64,000 nt of DNA from positions 6,758,001 to 6,822,000 of the forward strand of contig CM022679.1 in NCBI GenBank assembly GCA_012295275.1, in the 5' to 3' direction. Numbering within the stretch: position 1 is the first letter of the stretch; each line of letters opens with the position of its first letter. Origin of the DNA: Chrysomallon squamiferum (Eukaryota > Animalia > Mollusca). The notes below the pieces were generated by a model. That model was given only the letters and a program-made list of their open reading frames with translations. It was not told the origin of the DNA and did not search any database. Both the position numbers and the translations under genes were made by a program. Below are positions 38,876 through 51,900 of this stretch, one piece after another.

Positions 38876-41800
38876 GTAGACATTGTTTTTTTGTTTTTTT
38901 TTGTTATTTGTTTTTGTTTTTCATAATATTATTGTCATTAAAACATATGAATTCACTTTTTTTATTATATTTATTTTCTAGGAAGTTTTAACTATTAAAA
39001 TACCACATGCATCAATACTAATCTGAATTTTTCAAAAAATCACACCTTATTTAGAATATTTATTTTCTAGGAAGTTTTCACTGTTCAAACAGTTTATGTG
39101 TCAACACCAATCTGGTTTGTGATAGGGAAGATGACTGTGGTGATTCTTCTGATGAAATCAACTGTGGTATGTTTTCTCTCATTTATCAATCAGTTAATAA
39201 ATATTCAAGCCATAGGACTGAATTTTGTTCAGAGAAGTTAAATTCTGAATTACATAATTTTTGAGGAAATTTTTACATTTAGTATTTTAGTAAATAAGAT
39301 ATCCTTGAAAACTAGCAATGTTCAAATTCTTGGCTTAATTCTGTTCACTTTAACTATACAAAGAATTCATTAGACTATAAGCATTTTAAAATAAATTACA
39401 TTATTATTAAATCAGTGATAAATTTAATAGAAACATGTTAAAAATAGAAATTTGTATATACACAACAATATAATTATCAGATTTAAAAATATATATATCG
39501 TAGTTACAAATTTTAAAAACAAAATGTGCTTTTATCATTTTTATAAACTATTTTAGATATAAGAGTTTCTTCAAAACTGTTTATAATTATTTTACAAATA
39601 AGCTTCCTTATAAATTGCTATAAACTATTTAGGAAAAGAAATGGTTTATATATTATTCTACAAATAAAACACTTTCTTAACTATTGGCATATATTATTTT
39701 ATAAATAAAATAATTTCTTAAGAATTGGTATAAATTATTTTACAAATAAAACAGTTTCTTAACACCTTCGGTGCTGAATGATGGAGATCTCTGCCATGCA
39801 GTACGTATAGATAGGGTGCTCAATGACAGAGATCTCTGCAATGCAGTATGTATAGTTAGGGTGCTGAATGACTGAGATCTCTGCAATGCAGTACGTATAG
39901 ATAGGGTGCTGAATGACTGAGGTCTCTGCAATGCAGTACGTATAGATAGGATGCTGAATGACTGAGATCTCTGCAATGCAGTAGGTATAGATAGGGTGCT
40001 GAATGATGGAGATCTCTGCAATGCAGTACGTATAGATAGGATGCTGAATGACGGTGATCTCTGCAATGCAGTAGGTATAGATAGGATGCTGAATGACTGA
40101 GATCTCTGCAATGCAGTACGTATAGATAGGGTGCTGAATGATGGAGATCTCTGCAATGCAGTACATATAGATAGGATGCTGAATGACTGAGATCTCTGCA
40201 ATGCAGTGTGTATAGATAGGATGCTGAATGACTGAGATCTCTGCAATGCAGTACGTATAGATAGGGTGCTCAATGACAGAGATCTCTGCAATGCAGTATG
40301 TATAGATAGGATGCTGAATGACTGAGATCTCTGCAATGCAGTACGTATAGATAGGGTGCTCAATGACAGAGATCTCTGCAATGCAGTATGTATAGATAGG
40401 ATGCTGAATGATGGAGATCTCTGCAATGCAGTACATATAGATAGGGTGCTCAATGACAGAGATCTCTGCAATGCAGTAGGTATAGATAGGATGCTGAATG
40501 ACTGAGATCTCTGCAATGCAGTAGGTATAGATAGCATGCTGAATGAAGGTGATCTCTGCAGTGCAGTAGGTATAGATATTGTGCTGAATGACTGAGATCT
40601 CCACAATGCAGTAGGTATAGATAGGGTGCTGAATGAAGCTGATCTCTGCAATGCAGTAGGTATAGATAGGGTGCTGAATGAAGGTGATCTCTGCAGTGCA
40701 GTAGGTATAGATAGGGTGCTGAATGAAGCTGATCTCTGCAATGCAGTAGGTATAGATAGGGTGCTGAATGACTGAGATCTCCACAATGCAGTAGGTATAG
40801 ATAGGGTGCTGAATGACGGTGATCTCTGCAATGCAGTAGGTATAGATAGGGTGCTGAATGACGGTGATCTCTGCAATGCAGAATGTATAGATAGGGTGCT
40901 GAATGACGGTGATCTCTGCAATGCAGTAGGTATAGATAGGGTGCTGAATGACGGTGATCTCTGCAATGCAGTAGGTATAGATAGGGTGCTGAATGACGGT
41001 GATCTCTGCAATGCAGAATGTATAGATAGGGTGCTGAACGACTGAGATCTCTGCAATGCAGTATGCAATAGGGTTCTGAATGACAGAGATCTCCGCCATG
41101 CAGTACGTATAGATAGGGTGCTCAATGACAGAGATCTCTGCCATGCAGTACATATAGATTGGGTGCTGAATGACAGAGATCTCTGCCATGCAGTACATAT
41201 AGATAGGGTGCTGAATGACAGAGATCTCTGCCATGCAGTACATATAGATTGGGTGCTGAATGATGGAGATCTCTGCCATGCAGTACATATAGATAGGGTG
41301 CTGAATGACAGAGATCTCTGCCATGCAGTACATATAGATTGGGTGCTGAATGACAGAGATCTCTGCCATGCAGTACATATAGATAGGGTGCTGAATGACA
41401 GAGATCTCTGCCATGCAGTACATATAGATTGGGTGCTGAATGATGGAGATCTCTGCCATGCAGTACATATAGATAGGGTGCTGAATGACAGAGATCTCTG
41501 CCATGCAGTACATATAGATTGGGTGCTGAATGACAGAGATCTCTGCCATGCAGTACATATAGATAGGGTGCTGAATGACAGAGATCTCTGCCATGCAGTA
41601 CATATAGATTGGGTGCTGAATGAGGGGATCTCTGCCATGCAGTACATATAGATAGGGTGCTGAATGACAGAGATCTCTGCCATGCAGTACATATAGATTG
41701 GGTGCTGAATGATGGAGATCTCTGCCATGCAGTACATATAGATAGGGTGCTGAATGACAGAGATCTCTGCCATGCAGTACATATAGATTGGGTGCTGAAT

Positions 41801-42902
41801 GACAGAGATCTCTGCCATGCAGTACATATAGATTGGGTGCTGAATGATGGAGATCTCTGCCATGCAGTACATATAGATAGGGTGCTGAATGACAGAGATC
41901 TCTGCCATGCAGTACATATAGATTGGGTGCTGAATGATGGAGATCTCTGCCATGCAGTACATATAGATAGGGTGCTGAATGACAGAGATCTCTGCCATGC
42001 AGTACATATAGATTGGGTGCTGAATGATGGTGATCTCCGCCATGCAGTACGTATAGATAGGGTGCTGAATGATGGTGATCTCCGCCATGCAGTACGTATA
42101 GATAGGGTGGTAAATGACTGTGATCTCCATCATACTTTTAAAATTGCCAAGTATTAGTGACATGACTTCCAGTTCTGATAGGCAATTATTGATCTACTAC
42201 GGGCTTCCCAGGCATTCAGAAAATCATTGTGAGTACGAGCAGAAACTTGTTTCAATTTCAAAAATCCCCATCACACCCAGCACCAAAGGTGTTAAGAATT
42301 GCTAAATACTGTTTTACAAATAAAACAGTTATAATCATTGTTATAAAATCCTTTTCTACAATTTGCTTTCATAAAATGATTTCATTATTTAATATGTAAA
42401 TTAAAAGAATGTCAAGATTTTAACATAAATGTTACAAATATATTATGATGATTGTAACTTCTCATTGGTGTTATATGACTTTTTTGTAACTTGTTTCAGT
42501 TCCACAGTGCTCATTTTTAATGAAACAAGACAATGGTATAATTGCTTCTCCCAACTATCCAAGAATATATCCTAGTGCTGTGAACTGCCAGTGGTTTATT
42601 GAAACACAAACTGGATCAAATGTTGTTTTAGAGGTATATTAAAAACACTTTTGTTTTAAAATGACATCATATTTAAGTTAATTTGTGTAAAATATTAATA
42701 TTTCTTCAAATCTGAAATTGAAAAAATGCTAATTATTTTACATACACTTGACTATATGCTAAAAGATTAAGATCCAGCTAAACTTGTAATCATCAAAGAG
42801 TGTATGTTAACACTGTTAGAATAATTAAACTATTGGTGTATACTACATTATCCAAAATAATGTGTTGAAAATCTCTAATAAATGTGTTTTCAAGAAATAA
42901 TT

Positions 42903-42935
<33 letters not shown>

Positions 42936-45900
42936 TATACACAATATGTATGATGAACAAAAAAAACAAAAAAATAATACATATATATGTAAAATCCTAG
43001 ATAGACTGATTTTATATATATATACATATATGATTTTACTATATTTCTGTTTACAAAATAACTGCTTTGCAAAAATGAAGATGTCTATCTCTGTGTATCT
43101 TTGTGAATGTGTTATCTTTAATGTAATATCTGTTATAAGAATTATAACTGTAAAATAATTTCTTAAAAGTATGATAATATATTTAAGCTATTTGTTTTGT
43201 CGAATGTATACTTTAACAAAATTTAGTGCATTGATTTTTTTTTTATTCATAGTTTGACAGCTTTGTCACAGAACAAAATGGTGACATTGTTGAAATTCTT
43301 GTTGGTGGCCAAACTGAATCCATGTCTCTTCTTGTCAAGAGACTATCGGGTAATCTGAATGGAAAAAATCTAAAATTTGTTAGTTCCAACAACTTCATGA
43401 TTGTCATGTTCACTTCAGATGCCTCAATTGAAGCAACAGGTTTTAATGCATCTTTTTTTTCCAGTAAGTAGAAATATTAAACAGACATAAATTGAAATTA
43501 ATTACTGAAATAATTTAATGTTTCAATTGGCAGAAGTAATATAATTTAAATAAATGTAACCCATTATTCCTTTATGTAAAAGTTCTTTTCAGTTCATTAA
43601 ATATTATATAAAAGATGATTTTTTAAAATGGAAATCAGCTTGGTAATTTGTATTTACAAATATTCTTTTACTGGTATTTGTATTTAAAAAAAAAAAAAAA
43701 AAAAAAACTAGTGTTTAATGTATGATCCATATTACTGCCATAAATGTGTTTTCAGCAATAAATGTGATTCTTTTTGTTACAGTTTTGAGCATTAACTGTT
43801 TTGTAATTATTACCTTATTATTACTACCATCAGATTAATTTGAAATTTTCCTAAGTGTAAAATAGAATATTTAAAAATATGTATCTCTAACATCTTTTTA
43901 TTTGACATCACCAAAGATATTTAAGAACTTTCACCTTGTTATAGCATATTTATTTCACATTTTGCAATTACAGGAAAGGCAAACTTTCCAGACTACAAAC
44001 AACTTACAGCTAGAGATGCACCACAGGAGATGACCTCACCATTTTATGACCAAGGCTGGAATTATGTTGGCAGTCAGGACTATACCTGGATCATCACAGC
44101 TGAAAAGAAAATGAAGATTATAACTCTTGAGGTAATTCAACTTTTAAACATATTCTCATTTGTTACTAAACTGCTCATTATTCATATTTACTTATTTCAT
44201 TTAGAAATTTGAAAAAAAATGTAAATAATTTCTAGTTTAAAACTGTGTTTATTTAAACATCTTCTTTAATCCAAGACATTTGTGTTGCTGATGAACAAAA
44301 TTATTAGTTTAATAAAAACGCTGGTTTGATTTTGCTATAGATTGTTAATTATAATATTTCATGTTGATGTTTAAGTACAAGAAATAAAATATTTATTTCA
44401 ATATCATGGCTTTACAAAAATACCAAAATGATGGATAAAGCTTAAAACATGTGTATCATTATGTCAAATATTAAAGATATTAGTCAACACTTTCACCATT
44501 ATGTTACAGTGGGATAATATTAATGTAATTTTTCCAGGTGGTGACACTAGATTTGAAAGGTAATGATCATGTGTTAGTTCGCAATGGAGACTCAGTCAAG
44601 GATGCTCTTCTTGCAACTCTGAAAAGTGATGACATAAACAAACCTTACATCTTTTCCACAAGCAATAAAATGTACATCACTATGCAAACACGTGATTATT
44701 TGACAGGAAAGGGATTCAGATTCAAGTATTTCCAAGGTATGTTAGAATATGAAAGCATAAAAAAAAACTGTAAATGAATTGCAAAAAAAATCTTAAATAC
44801 TTTGATCAGAATTTAGAAATATTTTCTTTTTTATTGTAAAACTTACAGCTCCATATCAATGTTTCCAATATTTATTTTCTTATAGAAATTTATATTTCTG
44901 CAATATAATTTTTATATTATGAAGTGAATTGTTTCTGAAAATATTTATTTGCATCTGGTTAAATTCATCTAATATTTGGGGGCAAAAGTTTCATAATAAG
45001 GCATTTATTTGTTACTATTATTGTTACTGTTGTTATTATTCTGATTTAGATTTTTTTAAATCTACATTTACATATATTTAGGTTGTTCTGCTGCTTTTAC
45101 TAATGATCAAGGACACATCTTTTCACCTGGTTTTGGTGTGGCCAATTATGCAAATAACCAGTTGTGTAAGTGGACAGTCAACAATGAAGCAGATCTGACA
45201 TTTATTTTCGAAGAACTTAGCACACAAAAGGATAAAGATGTTCTTATGGTAAATAATTTTACAAATTATTAAGTCATGCTAAATATATGAATATGAATAT
45301 ACTTTGATAATAACACTTGAGCAGGCTGTAATAATAATGAAGTCAGACATTTTCTTGGATAAATATGAAGCTGTATGGGCTGATTTCATATTTAGAATAC
45401 ATTGAAAATACTGAAACGTTTTTGTGACAGTAAATTATTTAGACAATTGCCTTGTTTACATATTTAGCTATAGAGTGCATAAATCATGTCATCTTTAAAT
45501 TTTGATAGAAGATGAGAAGCATTAAATATTGTTATTTTTTACATGAAAGATTTCATTCACCTCCAAAGTCACTGCTCAAAAAGAAACATTGTTGCCAATG
45601 TCTGGCACAGACAAGCCACTTCCAAAACCAATCAGAAGAAATGGAATTTTTGTCATGGAATTTCAAACAGATGCTGTCATAACTCACAAGGGATTTTCTA
45701 TCAAATATTCTAAAGGTAACATAACCTCAGAAAAAATTACTTCTTTGGTCCATAGAATTAAATTAGACCAGTTCTATCTACAGGTTAAATTATTTCAGAA
45801 CCATTAAACAATGGAATTTAAATTTGTTTCTAAGTTATCATGGTTTCCCAGTGGAATTCAAAAGTATCAGAAAAAGCAACTTATTTAGAACTGTAAGAAC

Positions 45901-48900
45901 TCTTTTACATATGTGTAAGTAGCATTGTAAAACCATTATTAGCATAGAGCTTTTAAGCAGGATCACAGTTTTACGAACTTCAGATTTTACATACATTAAT
46001 AAAATACCTTTATAATTTTATCAATAACTACATTGAAATTAATGGACCAATTAATAGGCTATGAGTTTTGAACATCTGCAAATGAAAATTTTGAATTTTT
46101 TCACCGTAAAATAATTTTTGGATTTCCTGTAAGATGACATTATGAGTGATACTGCAGAAACATCAAGTATGATTTTCTTTACAAATTAGCTGATGCAAAT
46201 TTGTACTATTCAAAATAAAATTTAAATGCACTTTTAAAAAGTTCAATTATTTTACAAGAAAAAAAAAAAAGAAATTCTAAATAACAATTTGAATGAATAG
46301 AGTTGCATTTCTTCTTCTTCTTTTTTTATATAAAGACTGCAAAAATCCTAACTTTACAAGTTACACAAAAGTGAATCCAGAACAACTCAACTGGGGTTTT
46401 GGTTCCAAGTTTGAAGTAAGCTGTGAAGAAGGGTATCAATTTACATCAAAAGAGTTCCAGGATTCAGCAGTCAAAGATAGATTTGTCAGTCTGTCTGTTG
46501 TTCAGATGGAGTGTTTGTATGGTGGAGAGTGGAACACTCGCACTGTACCCAATTGTGAACGTAAGTTTACTGTATACTTTCAGTAATGATAAGATTCTTT
46601 GTTAAGTTTATAAAGCTAAACTAAATATATATTGAATATACTGTAAAAAAAATTAAAATCTATTGATTGAATTTCAGTGTAAATATATCTTTACACAAAA
46701 AAGGAAAAAGAAAACTTTGGTATCTGAAAGTGATATAAGATTCTGCACAATAACGTTAATGTTTTAATTTTTACATATATAATTTAATTGCTAATAATTT
46801 CAAAATCCTAACATGTTTTTATTAAATTTCTTTATTCAAATCTTAAATCATTTTTCATTTACTAAAAATAATCAGCTGTTTAGGTGAAGAATTGCAACAA
46901 ATTTACTCTGTTACTGTCTTATTATTATGTTTATTCTATTTATTACTCTTTATTGCTTTGATTTTCTGAGTAATGAACATTTATTTTACTTCAGTATTTC
47001 ACCATCTTTCTTCTTTTATTGTAACATAAAATAGAATTCAACATGCCAAAAAAAAAATTTATATTATTGTGTTTGAGTCATACATATGAGACATCAAAAC
47101 AATATCAGGATCTTAAAATTGAGTTACTCATATTTTCATCAGGAATTTGTTTTTGAAATTTCAGATTATTAAATAATATTATATCAAAAATGTATTTAAT
47201 TATCAAAATTTTAATATTGATAACATATAAGTAAAGACTGGAGAAAATCTTGTTTTAAACTTTATCAGTTGTGTATCAAAAATATCTTATTTTATCCACT
47301 TCACTCTTCATTCAAATAAAAAATCTAATTTTTCAAAACATATTTTTTATTCCAGTGTATAACAAATTTGATTTAAAGAAATCTTAAGATTGTAGAAATC
47401 TAGTTAAATTTTAATATAATAATTCTGTGAGCAGGATTTATTTTATAATTTTTTTAAAAGGACAAAAAAAACAAAAAAACCACAGGATTTTAGATGTGAC
47501 TACACTTGGCAAATTTAGATAAAACTGTTATAAAGATGCTTTATCTGACATTTATTTATCAAATGTTTTAAAGCTGTTGACTTTATAATTTAATATTAAT
47601 ATCAAAATATATTTTTTAGCTGTATTCTGTGGCCAGGCACCTCCTGTGTCAAATGCCTATATTACAAAGACCCCCAAACAGGTACCAGCAAGCAGTGTTT
47701 TCGGAGGAAGTGTTTTGTACTCTTGCTATCCTGGCTTTAAGTTGAATGGTAACGCTATCATAAAATGTCTCAGTAATGGAGAATGGGAAGCTAGACCAAC
47801 ATGTACAGGTAATTCTTTATTTATTAAAAGGTCACTGGTCATAGTTCTGCTTTGTCTATTTTTATGTGTTTTTTTGTTTTTTTTAGTTCAAATATATTTT
47901 AAATGATATACACATTTGGGATATGAATTTATCGTTTTTAATAATTTAAGAATATAAATAGATTGCAATAAAGGGTGTAATATATTTTGTTTACTTCCAA
48001 ATTTTTATTTTTTATTACTTTTATTTTTATTTATTTATTTATTTACTTATTACTTTTATTATTATTATTATTATTATTTATTTATTTATTTTTATATTTG
48101 TCTTGTTTCTGCTGACTAATGAGAATCTGTGTATTATTCTCTATTTCAAATAAATGTTATTTTAATACAAAGCTTGATGATGTTTTAACAGTATATTTCA
48201 AAATTAAATATTTTATCTGACTGTAACACACAAAAAATATTAAAACAATCATTACGCATCTTTGGATGAAAGATGATAATTACAGTTACAAAGGATATGA
48301 ACAATTATTATGTATAATGATGAATAAACTCACAGTTTGTAATTGTAAAAAATATGCAGTGTTCATACCATTAAAAGTATGCTTTTAAAGATCCATATAA
48401 ATAAGAATTTTATTACAAATTTAAACTCGAAGTAAATCATTCACTTTGCAGTTTCATCCTGTTCAAAATTGTCTACAATTGAAAATGGATTTACAAATAT
48501 TACTGAAGGTGATGGTACATCGTTTGGTTCCTTATTGCAGTACCACTGTAATCCAGGATATCATCTAAATGGGACAGCAATTTTATTTTGCAGCACTTCC
48601 AACAAATGGTCAGCATCACCACCAGAGTGCATTAGTGAGTTGACCTGCATTACAAATTAACAATACGTCTGCATAATTAATGAAACTTGTAGTGAGTTAA
48701 AATCATTTCAGAAGTAGAGTCATATTAATAGACATATATTTTATTTGTTTGTCTTTAAATTCATTCAGTAATGAGTTTTATTAATGACACTTATACTAAT
48801 TGAAACAGAAATGTACAGTATGTTTTCTTTTTGGAGTCAGGTAATCCTTTAAAAAACATTAATCCAGTTTTCCTTAGAGTTATTTTAAGTGTTATTTAAT

Positions 48901-51900
48901 TACTCTTCTGAAGCTATCATTGGTCAAAATTTGGATTTTATGCTCTGGTATTTACAAATATAATGTTTAATAATTTATTTCAGAGAAAACCTGCATTCTT
49001 CCATCTATTCAAAATGGCTTCTTGGAAAACACTGACAAGGTTTACTTTGAAGGTACAAAGATGGTTAAATGCAAACCTGGATATGAATTTTCACCTGGTG
49101 TCACCTCTAAGACTCTGACCTGTCAGAGTAATCAAACATTCACTCCATCTGTTGACAGCATTTCATGTAAAGGTGAAATATTGTCTTATAATTTTCATTG
49201 TATTTTATACAGGAGAAAAAACAGATGGATAAATATATCAGAAATATTATAGTTAAATTTATAACTTATACATCTAAAAAAATATTTATTTATATGAGAA
49301 ATTTTATTTTAATTTGTATATATAATACAATTTGTTAATCTTTATAAGACAATTAAATGTTATTGACAGCATTAAATAAAATAAAATAAAATATAGAAGA
49401 AAAAAATCCCCATATGCATACATTTAAACATTTGCACTAGCAGTCAGCTGTACTGAAGACATTTCATATTTATTTTATTGTATTATTTAAAATTAAATCT
49501 TTTTTCTTTTTGTAAAATAAATAACAGATATAGATGAATGTAATACAGATGTTTGCCAACACAACTGTACAAATACAGATGGATCCTATTTTTGTTCCTG
49601 CAGGGATGGATACACCCTCAGTCCAGACAACAAAACATGTGATGGTACAGTATTCATTTATTTTACAAATGTGTGTGTGTGTGTGTGTTAAATTGTTGTT
49701 TACCATTTCAAACTAATTTTGTTGCTTTTGTTTGTATGTGTTATTAATAATGTCAAAATGTTTACACTTTATTTAAATTTTTGTTACAACTGAATAATTC
49801 ACTCCAAATTGCAGATTTTTAATATTAATTATTTGTTTAATTTTTTTTTATATTTCAAATTTTAAGATGTACTTTTTTTATATGAAGGATTTGCTGATAT
49901 CAAGATTGTTTATAATCATTATGTTATAGATTTCAGTTTTTTGTTCTCATTTTGACAGACATTAATGAATGTCCTGTACAAAATGGTGGATGCAGCCAGA
50001 TATGTACAAACAATGATGGAGGATATGAATGTTCTTGTTCAGATGGATTCAGTCTTTTCACTGACAATGGCACACAGAATTATTACATTCCACCCACAGA
50101 AACTGGAATGCTTGCTGGAGATCTTTTTACATTAATCATACTTGTGTTCGTAAGTATAGGTTACACAAAACTCAAATAAAAAGCATAAACAAATCTACTT
50201 TTGAAAATGAATGGCATAATTGTATTAAGCAAAGTTATGTTTAAATCAGCATCAAAAACCCCTCCAAAATTGTTTTGTATTTCTTTGCATAAAAAAATGC
50301 TTAAATTAAGAAATAAAATTTCCATAACTTTGAATATGGAAGGAAAACAAGGTAAAGAAATACTGAAACTGATTATTATTATTATTACTGAGGAAATATA
50401 GCACTTGAAATCAATAGAGTGATTATAAATCAAGTCATTTTAGAGACTATTTTGATTAAAATAACTTTCTACTTATTGAAATGCAATTTATTTTTCATTT
50501 ATTGAAACTGATTAAAAAATAATTACTTTTCAAATACACAGCTTATGTTTGTATGCCTGGTATGTATTGTAAAGTGTGTTACCATATTTCATTAAGTGAT
50601 TTGGATTTTTTAACAATGATCATTAACTAATTGAACAGTGTCCACAATACTTGTTATATTCTGTGCTGTGTCTATTCATTTTACTAAAGTCAGGTGTGCA
50701 GATTGAATAGATACAAATTTACAAAAAGATATTATTCTAATGTGATACATTTTGTTGTAGGAATATATATAAAAAATAGTAATATTAATTTTCTAAAAGT
50801 ACATTGTCATTATGTACAGCTTGTTTGCTTCTTTTTTCTTTATAGGAAAATTATGTCCACCATTCCCAAATGTCACTGATGGTTTTGTTCTGCCAAAAAG
50901 ACAAGAGAATCATTATGGTGATTCACTGGAGATCAAATGTTCAATTGGCTATGTTATAGATGGACACTCATTTGTTCTGTGCAATTCTTCCGGTTTATGG
51001 GATAATGCCCCACCAAAATGCAAACGTAAGGCTAAAAAATAGTTTTATAAACTGATCATTATTTCCTTTTTCTTTTTTTTCATTTTTAACTTCCAAGTAT
51101 TTTTGTAATCTGTCTTTCTTAACAAAATATTCGTTTTTTATAAAGTTTGTCATAAGCAAACATTAAATAAATAAGTTGAACACTACAAATGATAGTAAAA
51201 TAAGGAATGTTTGATAAACATCCAATATTTTTAAAATGATTTTAAAGCTTAATTAAAAGAACAATCTATCTTTTGTAACTAGTCCTCCTATTTCTGAATA
51301 TTATTATCATTTGCTCTTCTAGTTTTATTTTTTGATTATTGTTGTTGCTGATGTTGGTGGTTGTGGTCTTTTATGTTTTTGATTGTTGTTGTTTTTTTGT
51401 GGGTTTTTTCATGCTGATTATGTCAACTGCCAATTTATTCTTTTTTTGCATTCTGTTTGTGTTTTATTTATTTCTTAATTTATTGATCTATTTATTCTTG
51501 TTTAATTTTTAATTATTATTATTACTGTAATTACATGTTTTGAATGTTTTGAATTTTAATAATTTACGACTTTTGGTTTTTTAATAATTTCCTTGTTTGT
51601 CCCATTTCTGATTTAAAGAAACAAAATAAAAAACATTTAATGATAAATATTAATTATTATGTTTAATATAGCTTCAGATATTTAAGTAGTTGTTTTAATG
51701 CCTCTAATAAAATATGATAATTACTAAAAAGTTTGTGCTGATGAAATTAGGCTAATATTTTCTCTCATTTTTATGAAAGATATATTCTTTGTTTTTTGTT
51801 GTTGTTTTTCTTTTTTGTAGTTTATGCTTTTTGACATTTCTCTGTTTGAAACAGCATAGAAGTGTAAAATGTTATAGGATGTAATTTCATGATCTTGTTT

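Noticed and set aside
39769-42130. CRISPR-like appearance (regular, partly palindromic repeats)
   Set aside because: Units are contiguous with no unique spacers, there are no cas genes, and the context is a eukaryotic intron.
39740-42163. 807-aa and 614-aa minus-strand ORFs (and plus-strand 79-177 aa ORFs) with 15-aa periodicity
   Set aside because: By-products of a 45-bp unit (a multiple of 3) lacking stops in several frames. The frames swap at a 1-bp indel near 41625, and the ORFs lie inside a TIR-bounded intronic element.
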